64,000 bases of DNA, taken from positions 3,293 to 67,292 of the forward strand of contig CAYXEH010000001.1 in assembly GCA_964463915.1 (NCBI GenBank). The letters run 5' to 3'. Position 1 is the first letter of the stretch. Each line of letters begins with the position of its first letter. A model generated the notes under the pieces. The model was not told the origin of the DNA and did no database searches. It worked only from the letters and a program-made list of their open reading frames with translations. Shown one piece after another: positions 17,504-26,223 of the stretch. Source of the stretch: an uncultured Bacteroidales bacterium. Lineage in GTDB: Bacteria > Bacteroidota > Bacteroidia > Bacteroidales > UBA7960. Made by a program: the position numbers and the translations under genes.

Positions 17504-17574
17504 ACGACAACCCTCCTTTTTTTTGGTTAATACTATTGTTAGTTTGTTATTTCATCCAATCATATTCAAATGAT

Positions 17575-17668
17575 ATGCCATTTTACCTTGTAGCCGAATG
17601 ACATCATAACATTACGCCATTATGGCATTTTTAAAAAACCCATTACATGTTTTGTGTCATTATGGCAT
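17575..17668. promoter_or_regulatory. Candidate operator set upstream of hsp20: three ATGGCAT motifs, two embedded in near-identical palindromes
   Basis: gccattatggc (17616-17626; GCCAT-T-ATGGC palindrome) and gtcattatggc (17656-17666) share the 11-mer cattatggcat 40 bp apart. An inverted ATGCCAT lies at 17575-17581. Confidence 0.35.
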
Positions 17669-17717
17669 CTTATTTTCGATAATCTTATCTGTATTGACAG
17701 ATGAACCTGTAAATGTG

Positions 17718-17725
17718 TACTTTTG
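17718..17725 (+). promoter_or_regulatory. Candidate Bacteroidota -7 promoter box (TAnnTTTG) for the methyltransferase gene
   Basis: tacttttg matches TAnnTTTG about 45 nt upstream of the ATG at 17771. Only a weak ATTG lies in the -33 region. Confidence 0.35.
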
Positions 17726-17770
17726 ACAGAGCCGTTGTATAATAGCCACTGCCTTTAATTAATCACACTG

Positions 17771-18877
17771 ATGATTGACAGCAAACCGGAGTGTTTACCT
17801 GAAGAATTGATTCGGCCTGTCATCCGTCCTTCCGGCCAGGCCACCGGAGAAAATATTCCGGAAATGTATCCGGGCACACCCTTCGGAGCAATGTACCGCT
17901 TGTTGAAAAACCACCAGGCCATTTGCCTGCGCGGCAGCTGGGGTTTTGCCATGACATTCTACGCCTGGCTTAAAAAGAAAACAACCAGCCTTTACCCCAT
18001 TGGCGGTTACGAATCATCGCGGCGACAGCAGGATGCGCTGAAGGCAATATTCTCTGGTTTCTGGGTTCCAGTAGAAGAACACCGGGTCACCCTCGAAAAA
18101 GCCCCCAAAAACCCATGGCTCCGGTCTTTTTACCCGAATCATGAGTCATTCCTGATCAATTTCTCAGATCTACTTGGAATGAACGGGGCCAGGCAATGGT
18201 TTGAAAAAGGGATCCAATACCCCGTACTAAATCACCCGATACATCCATTTTATGGAGTTTATTTCCCGACACGGCATGAGCACCTTCACCTGCTGGATGA
18301 CTGGTTAAAAGACCATAACCGGTTTCAGAAAGCTGTGGATATCGGCTGTGGCTGCGGGGTGCTGTCATTTATTCTTTACAAGCATGGCATCAGAACCATT
18401 CACGCCACAGACATTAACCCCAATGCAGTATACAGTTTCCGGCAAGACCTCCGGCGGTTAAACCATCAGATGCAGAAAAATGTAAACGTGGAACAAGCCA
18501 GCCTGCTGGGATCTTCTCGCCCTTCCCCCAATGACCTTGTGGTCTTCAACCCCCCATGGATTCCCGAAAACCCACAAAAAATGATGGATACTGCTTTTTA
18601 TTTCGAAGACCGGTTCTTTGATGACTTTTTCAGCGAGATGGATAAAACCTGCATGCCAGGAACGACCATCGCCCTGATTTTTTCCGATTTCAGTATCGCC
18701 GCAGGTATTGCGACCGAACATCCCGTAGAACAGGCATTGCAAAAACATCAGAGCCATTTCAGCTTGCTTTCACGTATCCAACAACCGGTAAGACAGAAAG
18801 TATCACTGAAAAAATCATGGATACAACAGGTACGCAATAAAGAAACAGTGGAATTATTTGTTATAAGGAAAGACTGA
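17771..18877 (+). CDS. Class I SAM-dependent methyltransferase (HemK/PrmC-like N-methyltransferase core) with an unknown ~170-aa N-terminal domain
   Basis: Motif I VDIGCGCGVLS and motif IV VVFNPPW ((N/D)PP(Y/F/W) type). The N-terminal half has no motif I recognise. Confidence 0.7.
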   Translation: MIDSKPECLPEELIRPVIRPSGQATGENIPEMYPGTPFGAMYRLLKNHQAICLRGSWGFAMTFYAWLKKKTTSLYPIGGYESSRRQQDALKAIFSGFWVPVEEHRVTLEKAPKNPWLRSFYPNHESFLINFSDLLGMNGARQWFEKGIQYPVLNHPIHPFYGVYFPTRHEHLHLLDDWLKDHNRFQKAVDIGCGCGVLSFILYKHGIRTIHATDINPNAVYSFRQDLRRLNHQMQKNVNVEQASLLGSSRPSPNDLVVFNPPWIPENPQKMMDTAFYFEDRFFDDFFSEMDKTCMPGTTIALIFSDFSIAAGIATEHPVEQALQKHQSHFSLLSRIQQPVRQKVSLKKSWIQQVRNKETVELFVIRKD

Positions 18878-18970
18878 TCAGGTTGATTCAGGAATTCTGA
18901 TCAGGTCGGCTCAGGAATACTTGTTCAGGCCAGCTCGGAAGCACCTATCAGGTCGGCTCAAACAAGCTTT
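18876..18970. repeat. Tandem array of about four 23-24-bp units spanning the gap between convergent gene ends
   Basis: Units: gatcaggttgattcaggaattct / gatcaggtcggctcaggaatactt / gttcaggccagctcggaagcacct / atcaggtcggctcaaacaagcttt. tcaggtcggctca is exact at 18901 and 18948. Confidence 0.75.
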
Positions 18971-19665
18971 ACCCAGCTAACCTCCCGGTCAAAAGCAAAG
19001 CCCAGCTTCTTTACCAGATTGATCGACTGATGGTTATGAGGCTCAATATTCACAAAGACGGGCTTTTTCCTGCCTTGCTTCTCGATTACTAAAAAGCGCA
19101 TAATGCTTTCCCCCAATCCCTGTCCACGGTAATCCGGTATGACATGTAAAAAACCCATGGAGCTGTCATCATGAGTCAGCCCCCATCCTACCAATTCCCC
19201 ATTGATCCAGATTCCTGCTGATACATCCTTTTGCAGGCGGTCTTTAATATAGGCTTCAGAAGTAAAATCCTTATAGGCGGAATGGCTGAAAATATAATTG
19301 GCCATAGAAGGATCAAGTGACTGGGAAATGTGGTCGGTTGGCTCCACGGTTTTTCCTTCCGGCAGGTAGTACCTATGGGTAGTGAGCTTCCATTCAATTT
19401 TACGGGTGTGAGTCAGCACAGGTAACATCCATTCCTCTACATTGGCAAAATATAAGCTTTCAAAACCAAAAAGTTCCAGCAAAACAAGCAGATCTTCCGG
19501 GTTATCACCGCAAAGGAAAGTCCAGAGGTAATCGCTTTTTCCGCACACAAGCAGAAAATCATTTTGTTGCATCCACTTCCATACGGGATAGTTGGCAAAA
19601 AAGCCTTTCACCGGTAAACTCTGCAAGGGCTTCCTGGAAAGCGAACGTTTCAGTTGTGCATCCAT
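18958..19665 (-). CDS. GNAT family N-acetyltransferase
   Basis: C-terminal acetyl-CoA-binding pattern HVIPDYRGQGLGESIMRF...VNIEPHNHQSINLVKKLGF. The track start at 19674 is TTG; the first ATG is at 19665. Confidence 0.75.
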   Translation of the reverse strand: MDAQLKRSLSRKPLQSLPVKGFFANYPVWKWMQQNDFLLVCGKSDYLWTFLCGDNPEDLLVLLELFGFESLYFANVEEWMLPVLTHTRKIEWKLTTHRYYLPEGKTVEPTDHISQSLDPSMANYIFSHSAYKDFTSEAYIKDRLQKDVSAGIWINGELVGWGLTHDDSSMGFLHVIPDYRGQGLGESIMRFLVIEKQGRKKPVFVNIEPHNHQSINLVKKLGFAFDREVSWVKLV

Positions 19666-19780
19666 ATACGTCAAAGGTTTACGTACGGATCATGATAGAT
19701 TGTGGCTTACCTATGATAGATCAATAACAGTCTAAAGATACATACATTCTCCACACAAATCAACCGTGATTTTCTTTTCC

Positions 19781-20968
19781 TCAAAGCTGATTTTCTTCCA
19801 CTGCTTCCAGTATGATATGACAGGCCTCTTTCACCTCCATTTCTGTAATTGTAAGGGGTGGGGCAATACGTAAACAATTGTCTGCGAACAAGAACCAATC
19901 GGTCAACACTCCCTTTTGGATGCATCGGTCAATCACCCCCTTGGCCCGGCCGAAATTCTCAAATTCTACTGCCAACAGCAATCCTTTGCCACGTACACCT
20001 ATAATATCCGGATGTACAAGCATTTTACGAAAAACATGCTCAAGTTGAGCAGCATTGAGCCAAAGCCTTTCCTCCAGGACCTCTGTAAGGCAAGCTTTTG
20101 CGGCAGCCGCACAAACAGCGTTGCCACCAAAGGTGTTGATATGCCCAAGCACCGGATTTTCAGTCAGACAGCGCATCACCTCTCTTCCAGCAATAAACGC
20201 ACCAAGAGGCATTCCACCCCCCAGGGCTTTTGCCAACGTAAGTATATCGGGCACAATACCATAATGACTGAAAGCCCACAAGGCACCTGATCGCCCCATC
20301 CCCGCCTGGATCTCATCAAGGATCAATAAGGCTCCTGTTTCATCACAACGTTTGCGCAAGGCCTTCATGAACGCCTTGTTCGGAACGACAGCCCCAGCCT
20401 CCCCCTGAATGGTCTCGGCAATGACACAGGCGGTCCGTTCAGATATCTGTGAAAGTTGCTCTGTTGCGCCAAAACACAAATGACGGACATCAGGAAGAAG
20501 AGGGCGGAAAGCATTTTTCAACTTTTCATTTCCGCCCACACTCAATGACCCATGACTACTTCCGTGATAGGCATCATAAAAACTTACGATCTCAGTCCGG
20601 CCGGTATACCTCTTGGCAAGTTTCAATGCCCCCTCCACAGATTCACTGCCTGAGTTCACAAAGAACACATTGTCCAGTCCGGGCGGTAAATTCTCTACCA
20701 GCATTTTCGCCAGCTCAACCTGGGGAGACTGTACGAACTCACCATAAACCATCAGGTGCAGATACCGTTCTGCCTGCTCTTTAACAGCCTGAACCACTTT
20801 GGGATGACGGTGGCCCAATGCACTTACTGATATCCCACTGATCAGATCAAGGTACCTCTTACCGTCGGAATCATACATGTACAACCCTTCAGCTTCCTTA
20901 ATTTCCAGGGAAAGCGGGAAAGAAGATGTCTGAGCCAGGTGTCGGAGAAAAAGTTCACGTTGGAGCAT
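19781..20968 (-). CDS. Class-III PLP-dependent aminotransferase (acetylornithine/ornithine aminotransferase-like)
   Basis: SGSESVEGALKLAK, LILDEIQAGMGRSG, DILTLAKALGGGMPLGA (PLP lysine context), 395 aa. Confidence 0.88.
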   Translation of the reverse strand: MLQRELFLRHLAQTSSFPLSLEIKEAEGLYMYDSDGKRYLDLISGISVSALGHRHPKVVQAVKEQAERYLHLMVYGEFVQSPQVELAKMLVENLPPGLDNVFFVNSGSESVEGALKLAKRYTGRTEIVSFYDAYHGSSHGSLSVGGNEKLKNAFRPLLPDVRHLCFGATEQLSQISERTACVIAETIQGEAGAVVPNKAFMKALRKRCDETGALLILDEIQAGMGRSGALWAFSHYGIVPDILTLAKALGGGMPLGAFIAGREVMRCLTENPVLGHINTFGGNAVCAAAAKACLTEVLEERLWLNAAQLEHVFRKMLVHPDIIGVRGKGLLLAVEFENFGRAKGVIDRCIQKGVLTDWFLFADNCLRIAPPLTITEMEVKEACHIILEAVEENQL

Positions 20969-21421
20969 ATTTTATTGGTTGTTAGTTTGTCGGGGGCTGA
21001 TGCCCCCCCGGTTAGCCAGCGCTGACGCGCCTTCGGTTATTAGTTGGTCGGAGGCTGTTGCGTCTCCGGTTGATAGTTTGTCGGGGGCTGTCGTTCTCTC
21101 CGGTTGTTGGTTAGTCGTGGCTCCGCCACCCCAGTTTAACGGGAGCTGCGCCTCCTTAGTTGTTGGTTAGTCGTGGCTTCGCCACTCCGGTTAACGGTGC
21201 TGCGCGCCTGATGGTGGTGGGATCTGCGACCCCTGGTTCGTAACGTTTGATCCCTCCGGGATCGACCTCTGCCCCCACGAACCAACACCCTGCCTGCCTC
21301 GTCCAACGGTTATCGGCTACCCCCAAAACACTCACCCCATGAGAACCAACAACCTCTCTGCCCGTTTACCAAACCATCGGCAACCATCCCATCACCCTGC
21401 CCATGAGAACCAAACAACCCC
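20969..21421. repeat. Composite structured intergenic element filling the whole rarA-to-aminotransferase spacer: about 10 short hairpin units followed by a G-poor module with internal repeats
   Basis: Hairpins: gggggc-tgat-gccccc (20992-21007), gtggc-tcc-gccac, gtggc-ttc-gccac, gatccc-tcc-gggatc (21249-21263). 27-nt direct repeat ttgttggttagtcgtggct[c/t]cgccac at 21104 and 21160. ccatgagaaccaa occurs at 21337 and 21401. ggttgttggtt in the left half is complementary to aaccaacaacc in the right half. Confidence 0.85.
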
Positions 21422-22696
21422 CTAATACCCATACTTGTCTTTCCAAAACCTTTTCAACCTTGTCCGCATTTCATTTTCCCTTGCATTATCGGCCGGATCA
21501 TAGAGCTTTTTTCCGGAGACCTGTTCAGGCATAAACTCCTGGAAGGCAAAATGCTGGTCATAATCATGGGAATACTTGTAATCACTGCCGTAACCTGCCT
21601 CTCGCATCAGTTTGGTCGGAGCATTACGGATGGCAAGAGGAACCGGCAAGTCCCCGGTCTTCCGAACCAGATCCTGTGCCTTTCCTATAGCAAGGTAAGC
21701 GGCATTACTCTTGGGAGAAGCAGCCAGGTAGGTGGTGGTCTGGGATAAAATAATCCGGCTTTCCGGCATTCCGATCATGGTCACAGCCTGGAAACAATTG
21801 GTGGCGAGCAATAGGGCATTGGGGTTGGCATTGCCAATATCCTCCGAAGCCAGGATGACGAGTCTCCGGGCAATGAACTTGGGGTCTTCGCCTCCTTCAA
21901 TCATCCGTGCCAGGTAATAGACAGCGGCATTGGGGTCACTGCCACGGACAGATTTGATAAATGCAGAGATCACATCATAGTGCATCTCCCCACCCTTGTC
22001 ATAAAAAGCCAGGTTTTGCTGAATAACGGACAACACCTCCTTATTTGTCACCGTTACCTCACGGCTTTCACTGGCATAAACAGCCAGCTCCAGGGCATTG
22101 AGCAACTTTCTGGCGTCTCCCCCTGAGATCCTGAACAAAGCTTCTGTCTCACTTACATGTATTTTCTTGCCTGTATCTTTTTCCAGCTGTCGCACTCCCG
22201 TATCCAACAGTTTTCTCAACTCTTTGACATCCAAAGATTGCAGGATATAAACCTGGCAACGCGACAATAAAGGAGAAATAACCTCAAATGAGGGGTTTTC
22301 CGTTGTGGCTCCAATCAGGGTAATGATGCCTTTTTCCACGGCACCAAGCAAACTGTCCTGTTGGGATTTACTGAAGCGATGAATCTCATCGATAAATAAA
22401 ATGGAATTGCCCCCGGAAGCTTTGGCCCGTTGAATCACTTCCCGCACATCCTTTACCCCTGAATTAATGGCACTCAATGTATGAAAAGGACGTTTAAGTT
22501 TCCTGGCAACCAATGAGGCCAGGGTTGTTTTTCCTACTCCGGGAGGGCCCCAAAGGATCATGGAAGGGATGTTTCCGGAATCAATGGTTTTTCTAAGGAT
22601 GGCCCCCTCTCCCACCAGGTGATCCTGCCCCAGGTATTCATCCAGGGAAGTGGGCCGAAGTTTTTCAGCAAGAGGTATGGAAGGAGGTCTCATCAT
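21422..22696 (-). CDS. rarA: Replication-associated recombination protein A (AAA+ ATPase)
   Basis: LWGPPGVGKTTLA, ILFIDEIHRFSKSQQD, MgsA C-terminal AVYYLARMIEGGEDPKFIARRL. The track start at 22711 is TTG; ATG codons lie at 22696 and 22693. Confidence 0.92.
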   Translation of the reverse strand: MMRPPSIPLAEKLRPTSLDEYLGQDHLVGEGAILRKTIDSGNIPSMILWGPPGVGKTTLASLVARKLKRPFHTLSAINSGVKDVREVIQRAKASGGNSILFIDEIHRFSKSQQDSLLGAVEKGIITLIGATTENPSFEVISPLLSRCQVYILQSLDVKELRKLLDTGVRQLEKDTGKKIHVSETEALFRISGGDARKLLNALELAVYASESREVTVTNKEVLSVIQQNLAFYDKGGEMHYDVISAFIKSVRGSDPNAAVYYLARMIEGGEDPKFIARRLVILASEDIGNANPNALLLATNCFQAVTMIGMPESRIILSQTTTYLAASPKSNAAYLAIGKAQDLVRKTGDLPVPLAIRNAPTKLMREAGYGSDYKYSHDYDQHFAFQEFMPEQVSGKKLYDPADNARENEMRTRLKRFWKDKYGY

Positions 22697-22715
22697 CACA
22701 ATATTACACAATTAT

Positions 22716-23963
22716 TTAGTTTGTTGCTTCACGAAACTTATCTAAATGCCTCAGCCTCTGTAACAGGGGTGGATGTGAATAGTACACATAAACATAAGCA
22801 GGATGGGGCCGAAGATTGCTCAGGTGATTAACCGACAACTTTTTAAGTGCCTCCTGAAGGGGTTCCGGATCATACTTCCTGGCCGCAAAGGCGTCGGCTT
22901 CATATTCATACCTGCGACTCATCCGGTTACTGATAATACCAAGAAGCAAAGAAATAGGAGAATACAACAAACCGAAAGCAAGTATTCCCATATGAAAGCT
23001 TGCCTCCTGTGCACCAAGGGCCATAGATAATTCAGGACGGTTAATAAACAGTCCCAGCAAGAAAAGCATGATCCCTGTATGAAGCACAGAAACTGCCATC
23101 CCCTTAACGGTATGCTTTTTCTTGTAATGTCCGATCTCATGAGCCAGGACAGCCACGAGTTCTTCGGTGGTGTGTTCTTTGATCAGTGTGTCAAATAGCA
23201 CAATGCGTTTTTTCGGGCCAAGACCGCTGAAATAAGCGTTGGCTTTGGAACTCCTTTTGGATCCGTCAATCACAAAAATATTATCCAGCCGAAACCCGGC
23301 CTTATCAGCAAAATCCTCGATGGCCGACCGCAGGGGGCCCTCTTCCAGGGGCCTTTGTTTATTGAACATTGGGACAATCAGGGTACTGTAAAACATCATC
23401 ATGAACACACTGAACCCGGTAACAACAATCCAGGCATACAGCCAGAAAAGGTTGCCGGCCGTGTCATAGAACCAGACAAAAACTGCGAGAAGCCCCCCGC
23501 CGATCACCAGGGCAATCATCCATCCCTTGATCTTGTCAAGCACATAGGTCTTTGGAGTGGTTCTGTTAAACCCGAAACGTTCCTCGATCACAAAAGTTCC
23601 GTAAAGATCAAATGGTGTCGACAAAATATCCGAAGCCAGCCCCAGAATACCAAAAAACAACAGGGCCATCCACACGGGATGTTCTGTATAGTTTCTTACC
23701 AGACTGTCCAGGTAGCCGAATCCTCCCAGCACAAGCATCAGTAAAATAAAGAGGAAAGAAAGGGTGCCTGTAAGGATGCCAAAGCGCATATTCGCCCTTG
23801 AATACTCCTGGGATTTGCGGTATTTTTCTTCATCATAAATCCCCCTGAGTTCATCTGGAAGTTTCTTACTCCACCGGCTGGCATTGAGGTAATCCATCAC
23901 ACGATCAAAAACATAATCCAGTACGATAATGGTGACAATAACATACAATATCGATTGTTCCAT
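22716..23963 (-). CDS. Ste24/HtpX-type M48 zinc metalloprotease, polytopic membrane protein
   Basis: HEIGHYKKKH zinc motif, multiple hydrophobic segments, long N-terminal region typical of CAAX-protease-like M48A enzymes. Confidence 0.85.
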   Translation of the reverse strand: MEQSILYVIVTIIVLDYVFDRVMDYLNASRWSKKLPDELRGIYDEEKYRKSQEYSRANMRFGILTGTLSFLFILLMLVLGGFGYLDSLVRNYTEHPVWMALLFFGILGLASDILSTPFDLYGTFVIEERFGFNRTTPKTYVLDKIKGWMIALVIGGGLLAVFVWFYDTAGNLFWLYAWIVVTGFSVFMMMFYSTLIVPMFNKQRPLEEGPLRSAIEDFADKAGFRLDNIFVIDGSKRSSKANAYFSGLGPKKRIVLFDTLIKEHTTEELVAVLAHEIGHYKKKHTVKGMAVSVLHTGIMLFLLGLFINRPELSMALGAQEASFHMGILAFGLLYSPISLLLGIISNRMSRRYEYEADAFAARKYDPEPLQEALKKLSVNHLSNLRPHPAYVYVYYSHPPLLQRLRHLDKFREATN

Positions 23964-23985
23964 AACTATAACTATTTCTGGTCTG

Positions 23986-26073
23986 TCAGTAACTGCCGCT
24001 CCTTTTTCTTACCACCCATTCGATCGAAAGCAATAAAAGTAATACCAGGAACAACCATTTCAAATCAATTACCTCAGTAAAATCTTTTTGTGAAAACATC
24101 CTGGGGGTTATGTCATCACGCGCACGAATATGGGCCGACATTTCATCCCACTCTCCCGGGTAATACATTTCTCCTCCCGTACTTTCCGCAATGTCATGAA
24201 GTACATTGTGATCGGCTACTGTACGCAGATCCTCCAGATTAAGGGCGGACACGGAAAATACACCTTCTTCTATGAAGGTTTCCCCGCCGTGGGAAGCCCT
24301 CGCTTCCCAGGAATAACTGCCAGGCTCAAAAGTTCCGGCATCAAGGCTGTATGCATTGGATGTTCTGCCCATAGTATATGGGAAAGACATCTCTTCCTCA
24401 TTGGTTATCACCAGCTGAATCTCCGGTTCATTTACAAGTTCATACGTGGGATTATATAACTCGGCATCGAAAACAACCGATTCATTTTCATGCACAAGAG
24501 TGGGGGCATCCACCCTGAATAAACTTCGGTCCTCCTGTACAGCGAGGTACTGCACCATGCTGGTCAGCATCTCGTCGAATGCCCGGTGGTTTCCGTGTTG
24601 CATGAAGGCATGCAGTGGCCATCTCCAGATCCCTTCCCCGGTTACCACACCAAAACGCCTTTCTCCCGATTCAGAAAACATCAGCAAGGGCTGTTCCGTT
24701 TCCACCTGGCCAATTCGCTGATAAAGCATCACCTCCGACACAGATGGTACCTGGTACTCTGCAAACGGCGTATGTAAAGGAGGAAGCTGGTTAAACAGTC
24801 TTATTGAAGTCTCTCTCACTGAAAAAAGAGAAAAACTCCGATTGAAGACCGGATGAGACTCTGACACGTCTTCAGATCGCGGATGGATCTTTAGCCCGTG
24901 CCCAAGCCGGTTAAACGCTTCCAGGTCAGTACGTGCACCTATTATAAACAATATTGGGGTTTCTGCCTCTGAAAATAATTCCAGAATGGTCGTTGCGGGA
25001 TGTCTGGATGAGGGCAACTGATGCATGATCACCAGGTCATATGCTTCAGCACTGCCGTCAAAATCACCTGCCATAATGACTTCGGCTTCGTAATGGTCAG
25101 TCCGGGTCAGTGATTCCATTATGGCTCCTGCATCCGGGTGAGGAGCAGCTGCCAGTATAAGTACCTGGCGGCGTCCGTCAATTACATCAATAAAGAAACT
25201 TTGACGATTGTTGCCCATACTTACCTCACTATCAAACGATGACAGAGATACTTCGTACTGCTGCATCCCGGTCTGATCCGCCTCAAGGTGTAAATCGATT
25301 GTTTCTGTGTGGTGGTCCGAGGTAAAACGAATGCTCTCCGAATACACTTCTTCTCCGTCGCGGCTGATGGTCAGGCGGGTTGACCGGCCTTCACTTTCAA
25401 GAGCCTCCACTTCAACCTCAACCGGAAACTCATTTCCCAGATAAGTGACCTCATTGTGATTCACTCCTTTCAGAATCACATCGCGCCTGGGAAGGGTATC
25501 GCCCAGGGCCATTGTATAGACGGGGTAAGGAAGATTTGCCGCTGCATATAAAGGGTTAAACCCCCGATTGTACAATCCGTCACCGGCTATGATCACTGCT
25601 CCGATATTCCTGTTACTGTAACGCGCTTCCAACTCACGGAAAGCATTCGACATGTTTGTTACCCGTCCGGAAAAATCAATCATTCCGGCCTCCCTGAAAT
25701 CTTCCCCAAACGAATACAATGCAGGCTGATGACCTTCAGACATCACCTCCAGGAATCCCTCGAGATCAGGAATATAATCGTTGTAATAAAATGCAGAATC
25801 TTCAGCAAACAAGAGTGAAGAAGAGTTGTCCTGAAGAAAAACAACAATGGGGTCTTCCACATCCCGGGTGGTTCGCTCCACAAATGGAGCCAGGAGCAAC
25901 AGTGCCAGCAAAGTTACAGTCACAAAGCGAATCAGTGCCAGTGTCCGGGTAATCAGGGGGCTAAAAGGGATTCGCCTGTTCCTGTAGTAAAGCAAGGCAG
26001 CATAAATGAGCCCGGTAAGGACGCATACCAATATCAGCCAGGATGGATAATCAAAAAGGAAGTGTATATTCAT
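23986..26073 (-). CDS. Large membrane protein of unknown function with an N-terminal double transmembrane hairpin and a C-terminal anchor
   Basis: N-terminus WLILVCVLTGLIYAALLYY...TLALIRFVTVTLLALLLLAPF gives two TM segments, reminiscent of BatA-type N-terminal double-TM domains. C-terminus WLFLVLLLLLSIEWVVRKR. No catalytic motif recognised. Confidence 0.6.
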   Translation of the reverse strand: MNIHFLFDYPSWLILVCVLTGLIYAALLYYRNRRIPFSPLITRTLALIRFVTVTLLALLLLAPFVERTTRDVEDPIVVFLQDNSSSLLFAEDSAFYYNDYIPDLEGFLEVMSEGHQPALYSFGEDFREAGMIDFSGRVTNMSNAFRELEARYSNRNIGAVIIAGDGLYNRGFNPLYAAANLPYPVYTMALGDTLPRRDVILKGVNHNEVTYLGNEFPVEVEVEALESEGRSTRLTISRDGEEVYSESIRFTSDHHTETIDLHLEADQTGMQQYEVSLSSFDSEVSMGNNRQSFFIDVIDGRRQVLILAAAPHPDAGAIMESLTRTDHYEAEVIMAGDFDGSAEAYDLVIMHQLPSSRHPATTILELFSEAETPILFIIGARTDLEAFNRLGHGLKIHPRSEDVSESHPVFNRSFSLFSVRETSIRLFNQLPPLHTPFAEYQVPSVSEVMLYQRIGQVETEQPLLMFSESGERRFGVVTGEGIWRWPLHAFMQHGNHRAFDEMLTSMVQYLAVQEDRSLFRVDAPTLVHENESVVFDAELYNPTYELVNEPEIQLVITNEEEMSFPYTMGRTSNAYSLDAGTFEPGSYSWEARASHGGETFIEEGVFSVSALNLEDLRTVADHNVLHDIAESTGGEMYYPGEWDEMSAHIRARDDITPRMFSQKDFTEVIDLKWLFLVLLLLLSIEWVVRKRSGSY

Positions 26074-26160
26074 TGCCTTTCAGCCGGATATCCGAAATCA
26101 AAAAAATCATAATCAGAACAAAGATAGTGGTAATCCCACAGACAACCATGTAATTCACAA

Positions 26161-26199
26161 ACACAAAACAGGCCATCTGTCAGAGGCAGATGGCCTGTT
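26161..26199 (-). terminator. Rho-independent terminator after floA
   Basis: 13-bp stem aacaggccatctg / cagatggcctgtt with a 7-nt loop. On the minus strand it is followed by TTTGTGTTTG. It starts about 25 nt after the floA stop. Confidence 0.75.
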
Positions 26200-26223
26200 G
26201 CTGTTCAGGTAATGAAAAACGCT

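Noticed and set aside
17555-17585. A near-match to a sigma-54 promoter on the minus strand upstream of hsp20 (TGGCAT-N5-TTGA).
   Set aside because: The -12 element reads TTGA rather than TTGC. No enhancer-binding protein gene is nearby. The TGGCAT is better explained as one copy of the repeated ATGGCAT operator-like motif.
20979-21170. A 63-aa ORF (TTG start) inside the hairpin-unit array, and an 86-aa ORF at 51418-51678 inside the second copy.
   Set aside because: The reading frames are generated by the DNA repeats themselves. They have non-ATG starts and no protein-like motifs, and the same DNA is better explained as a structured non-coding element.
20969-21421. The possibility that the repeat arrays (also 45561-45716, 51413-51546 and 18876-18970) are CRISPR arrays.
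   Set aside because: The units are directly adjacent with no unique spacers, are 21-35 bp and degenerate, and no cas genes are present in the window.
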